From Leptolyngbyaceae cyanobacterium (GTDB lineage: Bacteria > Cyanobacteriota > Cyanobacteriia > Phormidesmidales > Phormidesmidaceae): a stretch of DNA of 64,000 nt. The notes under the pieces were generated by a model, which was given only the letters and a program-made list of their open reading frames with translations, did no database searches and was not told the DNA's origin. The position numbers and the translations under genes were made by a program. Of this stretch, positions 1 through 7,654 are shown piece by piece; the first letter of the stretch is position 1; each line of letters opens with the position of its first letter. The stretch spans positions 18,821 through 82,820 of the forward strand of contig CBDHHL010000039.1 in the NCBI GenBank assembly GCA_965263355.1, read 5' to 3'.

Positions 1-314
1 CATCCATGGTCCAAAAGCTCCTGAGTTTCCTTTTCTAAGCGAGCTACAAAATCTTCTGGGCTTAAACACGCTCCTCCTTCCCCGTATCGATTGCCCGAAA
101 TCATGTCCTCAAAGGAAGCATCCAGCATTGAAGATGTGCCTTTGAGATCGGCACGGTTGAGTCTATCCTGTAGACTCCATATGGCGTCTTTGCCGTACTC
201 TTCAAGATAGAATTCTTTGAATTCTTCCAGGCTCATGAGTATAGTTGCAGGTGCGTCCGTAACTTCTGAATACTCAAAATATTTATCTTCTATTTTGCCA
301 ATATGTCGAGACAT
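1..314 (-). CDS. Hypothetical protein, runs off left end (MSRHIGKIEDKYFEYSEVTDAP...)
   Basis: ATG at 314 with AAGGAGA RBS; frame open to position 1; not in supplied ORF track. Confidence 0.7.
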   Translation of the reverse strand, partial: MSRHIGKIEDKYFEYSEVTDAPATILMSLEEFKEFYLEEYGKDAIWSLQDRLNRADLKGTSSMLDASFEDMISGNRYGEGGACLSPEDFVARLEKETQELLDHG

Positions 315-371
315 TTTCTCTCCTTAATGTTCTTCTTTCTTTTCTTGACTAGCTGCGATCTCCCATTTCAG

Positions 372-656
372 TCATTTATTCCCGTCAGCATCTTTAACAC
401 CCAGCGACTGATCAATCCCATGCATATGAGTTTTTAGAAAATCAAGCAAAGCATCCATAGCAGTGGGACAGCAATCAGACTCCTGTTCGAAACAGTGATA
501 CGTCCATGACCATCCAACCTCATGGCTAGGTTGTCGGATGTCTAAATCGGGAATAGCTTGAGAAATTCGTTTTACTAGCCACTCGTTTTGATTAGCTAGT
601 AATTTTTCTCTGTAAATCTCTTTTAACATTGTCAGCTCTTCTTCTTGAGTAGTCAC
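372..656 (-). CDS. Hypothetical protein
   Basis: ORF with GGAGGTGG RBS upstream. Confidence 0.7.
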   Translation of the reverse strand: MTTQEEELTMLKEIYREKLLANQNEWLVKRISQAIPDLDIRQPSHEVGWSWTYHCFEQESDCCPTAMDALLDFLKTHMHGIDQSLGVKDADGNK

Positions 657-706
657 TTAAACCACCTCCAAATATTCTTTTTCTTGACTAGCTGCGTCCA
701 GGGCAA

Positions 707-976
707 CTAGTCAACGTCGCTAGAGCCCTTTTCTGTCAAGCTTTTTATTGGCAATATGATTACCCCTGGACTATTATTGGACTCTTTTTCGAGCATTTTT
801 ACATACTCCAATATAGAGCCAAGTTGAGCGTTAGGGAGTTTCTTCTCCCTCTCGTCAATTCCTTGTCTGTTCTTTAGCCCCAGTGCTCTAGCGGCTTGCG
901 CCTTAACAGGGACTTCTGCCTCCCTCCACTCAATCAAAAGGTCTGGCAGCGCTTCGATAAACTCGCTTAATTTCAT
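707..976 (-). CDS. Putative HTH repressor/regulator
   Basis: KAQAARALGL helix-turn-helix-like segment; divergent from the early promoter cluster. Confidence 0.5.
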   Translation of the reverse strand: MKLSEFIEALPDLLIEWREAEVPVKAQAARALGLKNRQGIDEREKKLPNAQLGSILEYVKMLEKESNNSPGVIILPIKSLTEKGSSDVD

Positions 977-1000
977 GTCAAGTCTAGTATTTACATCTGG

Positions 1001-1029
1001 ACTATAGCAAAGCAAAATTAATTTTGCAA
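1001..1029 (-). promoter_or_regulatory. Leftward sigma70 promoter TTGCAA-17-TATAGT
   Basis: Near-consensus hexamers with 17-bp spacing upstream of 707..976. Confidence 0.6.
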
Positions 1030-1045
1030 ATAGTCAATAAATTAC

Positions 1046-1074
1046 TTGACACCTGAAAACAAAAAAGGCATACT
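1046..1074 (+). promoter_or_regulatory. Early promoter P1 TTGACA-17-CATACT
   Basis: Consensus -35 and 17-bp spacer; shares GTCAATAAATTACTTGACA with P2/P3. Confidence 0.75.
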
Positions 1075-1107
1075 TGTTAGTAACAAAGCGAAACGGAGTT
1101 ACTTAAG

Positions 1108-1383
1108 ATGGACATTAAGTTCTTAGGGCATGAGTCAAAAACAGGCAAAAATCAAGTTTTGATCAACGATTTCAGGTTTGAATTTAAGCTAACTCCCAAA
1201 GGGGCTGCATCCTTCAAGGATCTAGATGGAATGTTCCCTGAGAAGAAAGGAAAAGTTGTAGCCAGAACATACAGATCTTTTAGAACCTTGCTAGGCATTC
1301 AGCCTGGTTCCCCTTTGGCGAATAGCTTAGTTACGTGTACATCGTGCGCAAGAATTCACTACCCTTGGATGTTTAGCAATTAA
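1108..1383 (+). CDS. Early hypothetical protein
   Basis: ORF between promoter P1 and a terminator; CGGAG RBS. Confidence 0.7.
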   Translation: MDIKFLGHESKTGKNQVLINDFRFEFKLTPKGAASFKDLDGMFPEKKGKVVARTYRSFRTLLGIQPGSPLANSLVTCTSCARIHYPWMFSN

Positions 1384-1396
1384 GCGACACCATCTA

Positions 1397-1439
1397 AACC
1401 CCGCTAACCACAACACCCCGGTTAGCGGGGTTCTTTTTT
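1397..1439 (+). terminator. Intrinsic terminator, copy 1
   Basis: AACCCCGCTAACC/GGTTAGCGGGGTT 13-bp stem followed by T run. Confidence 0.85.
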
Positions 1440-1452
1440 GTCAATAAATTAC

Positions 1453-1481
1453 TTGACATTTGAAAATGGATCTCTTAGTAT
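1453..1481 (+). promoter_or_regulatory. Early promoter P2 TTGACA-17-TAGTAT
   Basis: Consensus hexamers; predicted start site coincides with ATG at 1488 (leaderless). Confidence 0.75.
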
Positions 1482-1487
1482 TAAGAC

Positions 1488-1892
1488 ATGTCGGGCAACC
1501 GATTTGTTTTTCCTTTCGGAGGTTTTGAGTTTATGGCTGTTGTTACTCGTCGTTCCGCTGAAATTCTTGCTCAGGCTACATTTGGCGACTTTTCCCGCTA
1601 TTGCTTGGCTGTTGTACTAACTAGATTCGATAAAATCGAATTTCAAGTTAGTGATGCAGAACGTCCTGACGACGACGGAATGCCTAGCGTTATTCGACAG
1701 ACTGAAACTATCCAGTCCGCTTTAGAGGGGATGGAAGATGTCGAATGCTTTTCTCAGAGACCATGCACTGGGGATTTTATTGTAACTCTGGGGAAAACTC
1801 CAGCAGTCTATCTTGAGGAAGGCCGTGCTCGATGCATTCGCACAGGCGAGGAATTCTTGGTTGGTAGCTTTCATGTCATCAAAGGGTTTTGA
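1488..1892 (+). CDS. Early hypothetical protein
   Basis: ORF flanked by duplicated terminator/promoter modules. Confidence 0.7.
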   Translation: MSGNRFVFPFGGFEFMAVVTRRSAEILAQATFGDFSRYCLAVVLTRFDKIEFQVSDAERPDDDGMPSVIRQTETIQSALEGMEDVECFSQRPCTGDFIVTLGKTPAVYLEEGRARCIRTGEEFLVGSFHVIKGF

Positions 1893-1909
1893 TGGCCTTA
1901 CTCATTAGT

Positions 1910-1949
1910 AACCCCGCTAACCACACCCCGGTTAGCGGGGTTCTTTTTT
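1910..1949 (+). terminator. Intrinsic terminator, copy 2
   Basis: Same stem as 1397..1439 with a shorter loop. Confidence 0.85.
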
Positions 1950-1962
1950 GTCAATAAATTAC

Positions 1963-1991
1963 TTGACACCTGAAAAGCTATCGTTTAGCAT
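1963..1991 (+). promoter_or_regulatory. Early promoter P3 TTGACA-17-TAGCAT
   Basis: Consensus -35 and 17-bp spacer. Confidence 0.75.
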
Positions 1992-2015
1992 TTGAAGTGT
2001 AATTGAGGTCGAGCA

Positions 2016-2510
2016 ATGGCAAAAGTATTTAAGGTCAAAACACAAATTCCGCCTAGGAAACTTGGTCTAGTGGGCGATAGATCGTGGGAAGAATCCGAAA
2101 ATCTTTTCTATGCGCAAGAGCTTATCCAAGCTAAAGACCAAAAAGAAGCCATGGCGATCGCGGCTAAGTATGGAGCAATAGTTTCAGTGGAGGAAACAAC
2201 CATCAAGCCGAAGTCAAAAAGGCAGCAAGCCATAGAAAGCCTACTGTCTGTCAAGTCGGCACAAGAAAAAACATGGCACGAATTCGTATGCGAGTATGTA
2301 TTCCTTATGACTGGGCTTAAGAAAAATAGAGATCTTGTAAGCGGCTACCAGCTGAAGAAAAATAAGAAAGGATATTCAATTCGTTGGGACGGAAGAGACA
2401 TCATGCTAAATGATATGGCTGCTGACGTTGCTTATTCTTTCTGTTTGCGCCATGGATTATCTTACTTTGTCAGGGAAGCCGAAGATTACAGGATGGATTT
2501 ATTAGCCTGA
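2016..2510 (+). CDS. Early hypothetical protein
   Basis: ORF with GAGG RBS downstream of P3. Confidence 0.75.
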   Translation: MAKVFKVKTQIPPRKLGLVGDRSWEESENLFYAQELIQAKDQKEAMAIAAKYGAIVSVEETTIKPKSKRQQAIESLLSVKSAQEKTWHEFVCEYVFLMTGLKKNRDLVSGYQLKKNKKGYSIRWDGRDIMLNDMAADVAYSFCLRHGLSYFVREAEDYRMDLLA

Positions 2511-2539
2511 TTTTGCCTGATTTTTTGTCAAGAAAATAC

Positions 2540-2568
2540 TTGACACTTAAAAAGAGATTCGCTATATT
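2540..2568 (+). promoter_or_regulatory. Promoter P4 TTGACA-17-TATATT
   Basis: Near-perfect sigma70 consensus upstream of a long ORF-free region. Confidence 0.8.
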
Positions 2569-2574
2569 AGAAAT

Positions 2575-2962
2575 GTGAGAGACGGGATGCAACCCCGCAG
2601 TCAAAGCCACTGGCGAGGGGAGATACGCATTTTAACTCTTGGGGTTAGTCAAGATAAACGACGGGTTTTTACCCTGATATAGCGGAAGTAACCGCCTACT
2701 CATCGCGGTACCACACCAAACGACGGTGTCGGTCGTAAAGTTCGGAAGGAGCCGAAGGTGGGAGGACAAACAAAATGACTAACTAAAAGAACAGCAAGCC
2801 CGACTCATACCCGTTGAGCGCTTCGGTGCAATAGGCGACACATGTTAGGGCAAACTGGGAACCCATTAGCGGGCACACCGAGCTATATAATCGCGTGTCA
2901 TCCTGGCGAGCTGAGATGCAATCAGTAAGGGCTTTAGCGGTGTTGAGCCTTATCAATGCCGC
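2575..2962 (+). ncRNA. Candidate large structured ncRNA (~390 nt), family not recognised
   Basis: Follows P4; no long ORF; many hairpins including C(UUCG)G; long-range helix 2637-2651/2776-2790; 3' hairpin 2938-2962. Confidence 0.7.
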
Positions 2963-2984
2963 CTAGAATCTTTGAGGAAAACCA

Positions 2985-3050
2985 ATGAATAATCTTTATA
3001 TCATTGGCTACCTTTTGCTTCTCTTCACAGCAAATGTAGCCTTAATGTGA
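2985..3050 (+). CDS. 21-aa hydrophobic peptide MNNLYIIGYLLLLFTANVALM
   Basis: GAGGA RBS; one transmembrane-length hydrophobic stretch. Confidence 0.45.
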   Translation: MNNLYIIGYLLLLFTANVALM

Positions 3051-3060
3051 GCCTTCAAAT

Positions 3061-3095
3061 CGCCCCAGGCATGGCGTTAAACTGCCTGTGATGTT
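3061..3095 (+). promoter_or_regulatory. Repeated 5' leader element, copy 1 (predicted H-type pseudoknot)
   Basis: 34 nt identical to 3410..3443; lies upstream of an RBS. Confidence 0.6.
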
Positions 3096-3115
3096 TTATT
3101 AACGGAGAAAAGACC

Positions 3116-3403
3116 ATGGGCCAGTATTTTAGACCTGTTCACGTGCCGACAAATACGGCAGTTACAAACTTTCCATTTGCGTGCAATGGAGGCCTCACTT
3201 GGATTCCAAAGGTATTTTATTTCACAGATGAAGAGTTACTTGAAGAAACCGAGATTGTGGCTAAAGCTTATGGATGGGATGTCAATGACATTGTTTGGGT
3301 TGGCGATTATGGGCAAGTTGTGTCCTTGAAAAACGGTGTTCGTGATAATGGCGATGGAGAGAATCACGACAATCCATTAAAAACCTTGACTTGGGGAGAT
3401 TAA
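3116..3403 (+). CDS. Hypothetical phage protein (MGQYF..., WVGDY motif)
   Basis: ORF with GGAG RBS. Confidence 0.75.
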   Translation: MGQYFRPVHVPTNTAVTNFPFACNGGLTWIPKVFYFTDEELLEETEIVAKAYGWDVNDIVWVGDYGQVVSLKNGVRDNGDGENHDNPLKTLTWGD

Positions 3404-3408
3404 TTTGC

Positions 3409-3443
3409 TGCCCCAGGCATGGCGTTAAACTGCCTGTGATGTT
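3409..3443 (+). promoter_or_regulatory. Repeated 5' leader element, copy 2
   Basis: Direct repeat of 3062..3095. Confidence 0.6.
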
Positions 3444-3459
3444 GATAACGGAGAATGAA

Positions 3460-3666
3460 ATGAATAGAAACGATGTGACCAGGGAGGAGTATCTGGCCCT
3501 CGCTGGTCAGGTTGCCAACGGATTGCATGCATGCACTGGGTTTCTCAATGAGCCTGAGGACATAGCCGAATCCGTTCTAGAACGGACTGATGCGTTGGTT
3601 CAAAAGCTCAATGAGCGGTTTGCTCAAGAAGATTTTGAACCAAGTAGTGGCTATTATCGGCTTTAG
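3460..3666 (+). CDS. Hypothetical protein
   Basis: ATG at 3460 after GGAG RBS (shorter than the track ORF). Confidence 0.65.
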   Translation: MNRNDVTREEYLALAGQVANGLHACTGFLNEPEDIAESVLERTDALVQKLNERFAQEDFEPSSGYYRL

Positions 3667-3708
3667 GCTTTGATAGACTCCCCTGATTTCAGACGATTTC
3701 AACTGTAA

Positions 3709-3736
3709 AAATAACCGTCAAATAACCGTCAAATAA
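3709..3736 (+). repeat. 11-bp tandem repeat AAATAACCGTC x2.5
   Basis: Seen directly upstream of the start codon at 3739. Confidence 0.8.
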
Positions 3737-3738
3737 GA

Positions 3739-4176
3739 ATGAAAAAACTAATCACAGCGATCGCTTTCACCCTGTCCATGGCCACCACGGCCAACGCGTT
3801 ACCTGTCTGCTACAGCATGACTGAAGACGGAGACATTACTGACCTGTCCCATATGTGTCCAGCATCTGAGCAGCCAGTAACGATCGCGGCCAGACGATCA
3901 CCTGAACTACCCGCAGTGGAAGTTGCCACAGAATCGCCTAAAGCCACCTTCCAAGTCCGTCGCATTAACAGAACCAATTGGACAGCTACTGGGACGGTTA
4001 ATTTTTCAAGGGCTGCTGAACCAGGCGATCGCGTAGTTCCGTATTTACAGTATGAAGATGGGCGGGAAGCATCATTGCCCGCAGTAACATATGAGCGTGG
4101 GAACCGCAGAACGGAGATTACGTTTAATGTGGTTCCTGGCACTAGCACTAGTGAGGTAGACGGCGGTGTACGTTAA
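3739..4176 (+). CDS. Secreted protein with signal peptide
   Basis: MKKLITAIAFTLSMATTANA signal; CY..T.DG...DLSHMC motif resembling cyanobacterial exported proteins. Confidence 0.7.
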   Translation: MKKLITAIAFTLSMATTANALPVCYSMTEDGDITDLSHMCPASEQPVTIAARRSPELPAVEVATESPKATFQVRRINRTNWTATGTVNFSRAAEPGDRVVPYLQYEDGREASLPAVTYERGNRRTEITFNVVPGTSTSEVDGGVR

Positions 4177-4444
4177 ACAAAAGTTAATCACAGTAGTTGG
4201 ATGCACTCCTGGTGAGGCCGATGATTTCATTCAAGAATTTGGTTTAAGCAAAACTGAGATTGCTTTAGATTTAATGCTTTGCGGAATGTCTATAGACGAT
4301 GCTAAAGCAGCGGTAAACATAGATATTGACAATCACTTGTCTAACTCATTTATCAGGGCAATTATTTTGCAAAGTTACAATCAAAAACAAGACCAAAAAC
4401 TGGAATCTCTTAAAGATGCTTTGGCGAAACTAGAAGGTATTTAG
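4166..4444 (+). CDS. Hypothetical protein
   Basis: ORF overlapping the upstream stop; start uncertain. Confidence 0.55.
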   Translation: MYVKQKLITVVGCTPGEADDFIQEFGLSKTEIALDLMLCGMSIDDAKAAVNIDIDNHLSNSFIRAIILQSYNQKQDQKLESLKDALAKLEGI

Positions 4445-4493
4445 TCGGATGAAGACAGCATATTCTCAGTTAATGTTTAAGGAAATAAAGGAA

Positions 4494-5000
4494 ATGAATA
4501 AGAATGCTTTAATCGCGATCGCTTGCACAGTCGGTGTCATTGGCTTAACTGTGGGTACCTTAGTCACACAAAAAGTCCAGGCAGACGCTAGACGAGAAAA
4601 AATCCATCAGGCTTGGTTAGAACGCCAAGCAAATCCTGAACAGTATCAAGCAGAGATAGCGGCTAAGGTTGAAGCTACTAAACAGGAACAGGACAAAAAA
4701 GGTTTTGACGCTGCTGAGATTCAATCCTTTAGGGAAACAGTTGCAGCTGTCGATCCGAATGGTCTTGTTATCAAGGATATCCGGGTTGATACAGTGCGCC
4801 CAGTGGTTTCGATTACCGGCACTGCTGCATTGTTTGCCCAAAGCGACTTGCAGTTAAAAGAAATCGCTATGAATCTTCAGAGTATTTCTGATAAAACTTG
4901 CGGTTGCACATCGCTGGTAGTTTTCAAAACGCAAGCTGGTCAAACTGTGGCTAAGTCTGGCATGTTTGGAGGTGTTGATATTGTCGCCAAGAATCGATAA
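4494..5000 (+). CDS. Membrane-anchored hypothetical protein
   Basis: N-terminal hydrophobic helix; AAGGA RBS. Confidence 0.7.
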   Translation: MNKNALIAIACTVGVIGLTVGTLVTQKVQADARREKIHQAWLERQANPEQYQAEIAAKVEATKQEQDKKGFDAAEIQSFRETVAAVDPNGLVIKDIRVDTVRPVVSITGTAALFAQSDLQLKEIAMNLQSISDKTCGCTSLVVFKTQAGQTVAKSGMFGGVDIVAKNR

Positions 5001-5404
5001 TGGCAATCACTAATTTCGGCTTGTACCCGACTTCTATAGTTTTCCAGCTACCCACTGGCATAACTGATGACTTTGAGGGTGGCTCCGCTGATGGCCTAAC
5101 TGCTGTCACGGTGCCATGCCGGGTTAAAGTAGCGACTCAAAATAGAGCAAGCCAGTTCAACACTAGTGCGTTCGAAGGACCCAATAATAATAGTGTGATG
5201 CTACTTGGTTGGTGTGGCACTGAAGCAGCACCAACTGAGTATTTATTCCCTAATAATCTTAGGGGATGGCCTGAACCACCGACTGGGACGATGGAATTAA
5301 ACGGCATTAGCGGCAAAGTTGAAGTGCTTATTCAACCGTTCGCGATCGCTGATGCAGCCCCTGGCATTGGCGAACGGTTTATTGCACGATGGACGGCTAA
5401 TTGA
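5000..5404 (+). CDS. Putative head-tail joining protein
   Basis: Size, beta-rich composition and position ahead of the tail genes. Confidence 0.4.
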   Translation: MAITNFGLYPTSIVFQLPTGITDDFEGGSADGLTAVTVPCRVKVATQNRASQFNTSAFEGPNNNSVMLLGWCGTEAAPTEYLFPNNLRGWPEPPTGTMELNGISGKVEVLIQPFAIADAAPGIGERFIARWTAN

Positions 5405-5427
5405 GCATACAAATTTCTTGGCCTAAT

Positions 5428-5781
5428 TCAATCATTGAATCCCTGCTCCCAAACTTGTTCAGAGATTTTATACGGCTCGCCTTGATGCCTAGCCCATACG
5501 AGGACTAGGCCTTTTTGCATGGAAACTCGTTGCACTTCACTAGGCTGTAATTCCCGACTTAATCGCTCATTGGCACTGACTAACTTGGCAGCTTTTCTAA
5601 ACAACGCTAAACGACTGCTGCCTAATAAATGAAGATGCAAGATATTGACCATAAGATCCATGGTCCCGGTCTGAGTATTGACCCCAAAGTAATCTTTTAA
5701 CTCTGAAAACCGCTTCAAGGTTTTTCTAGACAAATGACCGGCTCTTATTTCGCCAGTTTTTTCAGGCAAGTTGCCAGCCAT
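5428..5781 (-). CDS. Hypothetical protein, possible DNA-binding regulator
   Basis: Basic ORF on the opposite strand inside the structural module. Confidence 0.55.
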   Translation of the reverse strand: MAGNLPEKTGEIRAGHLSRKTLKRFSELKDYFGVNTQTGTMDLMVNILHLHLLGSSRLALFRKAAKLVSANERLSRELQPSEVQRVSMQKGLVLVWARHQGEPYKISEQVWEQGFND

Positions 5782-5845
5782 GAAAAAAATTCCAAGATAC
5801 TTGGAAATTTTAACATATTGTCAAAAATGACTGTAGGCTGCAATT

Positions 5846-6238
5846 ATGGCAGTCCTAAATTTTGACAGAACAGCGTTTAATCGTGGCCTTGATAGGGGGC
5901 TACGAGGTTTTGCTGTAGATATGGATAGGTTGCTAACTGAATCAATTGAGCAACCGTTGTATCCATGGCCAGGGTTCACTAAACGGAAGTCTGGTGAAGA
6001 AGTTTTTAGTCCTAGAAATATTGTGGACTTGGGAGAATTTAGGGACTCGCAGCAATATAGTTTCCCTTCCCAATTGACTATTTTATTTGAATGGACTGCT
6101 CAACATTCAGTATTTGTATTTAACGGGTTCACGACTCGTAGCGGCTCAACGTATCCCGCTCGTAATCCAGTATTACAGACAGTAGAACAATATGACTTGG
6201 CTGCTGTCCTGGCTCAGCAATTACGGGAGGTGTTCTGA
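5846..6238 (+). CDS. Putative neck/tail-completion protein
   Basis: WP..TKRKSGE.V.SPRNIVDLG..RDSQ motif typical of cyanophage neck proteins; position. Confidence 0.55.
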   Translation: MAVLNFDRTAFNRGLDRGLRGFAVDMDRLLTESIEQPLYPWPGFTKRKSGEEVFSPRNIVDLGEFRDSQQYSFPSQLTILFEWTAQHSVFVFNGFTTRSGSTYPARNPVLQTVEQYDLAAVLAQQLREVF

Positions 6239-6681
6239 TGCCTGTAATTAGCATTGCCCAGATTAGAGACCAAGTTCAGACCCTAATGACTCCCTACCTG
6301 GGAACTCGTACGTATGTTACAGCTACGGGTACTCAGACATTGCCGTCGTTGGTGTTGGACTATGGCAAAACTCAAGATGTTGGTGGCATTCAATGGCAGA
6401 GACAGCCTAAGAGTCTAGAAGGCTTGGAGGTTGTTATTACGCCTCAGCAGCAAGCAACGCTTACACAGTTTTATTCTCAACAGCTTGGCCTGGAATATAC
6501 GACCACCATCACGCTGAAACAGTGGGACGAAGCGGGCACTGTAGCGGCTGCTGCTGCTGCGTTGATTAGTGGTATGGGTTATCTGTTTCAAGCTGGAGTG
6601 TCGGTTAAGACGCCAAGGGATTCAAGGCTCGACACGATTGAGTCTGAAAGTTTTCGAATTGTTCATCAAATCAGGAGTTAA
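6238..6681 (+). CDS. Putative tail terminator protein
   Basis: Directly upstream of the tail tube gene; ~150 aa. Confidence 0.45.
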   Translation: MPVISIAQIRDQVQTLMTPYLGTRTYVTATGTQTLPSLVLDYGKTQDVGGIQWQRQPKSLEGLEVVITPQQQATLTQFYSQQLGLEYTTTITLKQWDEAGTVAAAAAALISGMGYLFQAGVSVKTPRDSRLDTIESESFRIVHQIRS

Positions 6682-6686
6682 TCACT

Positions 6687-7397
6687 ATGCCAGGTGCTGG
6701 TAACAATCCGCTATTAATGCCCGATTCGCGGGAAACGAAAATCTTTGCAGCCTTAGTAACAAATAATACGAGCGTGCCCAGTCGGATTGCGCCGATCACT
6801 TTAACACTGGGTGCTGCTTTTACGGCTACAACTACGGGAACCGCATCAACGATGACTGCGAGCGCTGCTCCTACAGTGCCGATTATCGCGGGAACAGTGT
6901 TGCGGTTTGTCGATGCAGCTGGATCTTATATGGCCATTGTCACAACTGACAGCAACGATGGCAGCAATATTGAGCTGACGGCTAATGAAGATATCCCCAA
7001 CGGCGCAGTTGCCAATTGGCCCGGTGAGGTTGATTTGATTACGTCTCATAACCTGGGGGTCCAGACCACGCTGAATAATGTTTCGACATATCAGCACATT
7101 GGCTCTGGCGAATCTTCCCGTCAGGATACGACTAGAACTTTCACGATCGCGGCTAACTTATCTGAGTATTCCAGCGGCCAACGGATTTTACGCTATGCCG
7201 TGAATGCTGAGAACGATGTTTACCTTGAAGTTCAAGACCCGAACCCTGATGCCGTGACGTTTAGTACTCCACCGTTATCGTTTGGCGTTGCTCGAATGTC
7301 GGATGGTTCTAAGGATGGCCAGAACGGCAACAAGTTGGCACTGTCTCTTAATGGCACGTTCTCCGGTGCTGTGACTGAACTTGAGGCTGCTGCTTAG
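6687..7397 (+). CDS. Major tail tube protein
   Basis: Position upstream of chaperones and tape measure; Thr/Ala/Gly rich; C-terminal LSLNGTFSG. Confidence 0.65.
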   Translation: MPGAGNNPLLMPDSRETKIFAALVTNNTSVPSRIAPITLTLGAAFTATTTGTASTMTASAAPTVPIIAGTVLRFVDAAGSYMAIVTTDSNDGSNIELTANEDIPNGAVANWPGEVDLITSHNLGVQTTLNNVSTYQHIGSGESSRQDTTRTFTIAANLSEYSSGQRILRYAVNAENDVYLEVQDPNPDAVTFSTPPLSFGVARMSDGSKDGQNGNKLALSLNGTFSGAVTELEAAA

Positions 7398-7654
7398 TGA
7401 AGATTGAAGCCTTGCAAAACCAGCATATTTTTATGCTTGGCTGCACAGTTGAAGGGTCAAGGCTAAGGGCATTACTTAGCTTTACTAAGCCTAAAATGTG
7501 TGCTGGTTTTGCAGGGCAAGAGGCGTTACTGGTTGAACCGTATCGGCAGAACAATACTGAAATTGTTGTTGTGATGCCGAGTGACTTAGAAGCAATTTAT
7601 ACATACTTAGACTTGGAGGTTGTTCGTTGTGACTCAGACCTTATGGGAAATTAA
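7397..7654 (+). CDS. Hypothetical tail-region protein
   Basis: Translationally coupled ORF. Confidence 0.55.
   Translation: MKIEALQNQHIFMLGCTVEGSRLRALLSFTKPKMCAGFAGQEALLVEPYRQNNTEIVVVMPSDLEAIYTYLDLEVVRCDSDLMGN

Noticed and set aside
2575..2962. tmRNA, RNase P RNA or group I/II intron identity for the ncRNA
   Set aside because: No tRNA-like ends, no GAGGAAAGUCC, no domain V, no convincing P7 core and no interrupted host gene
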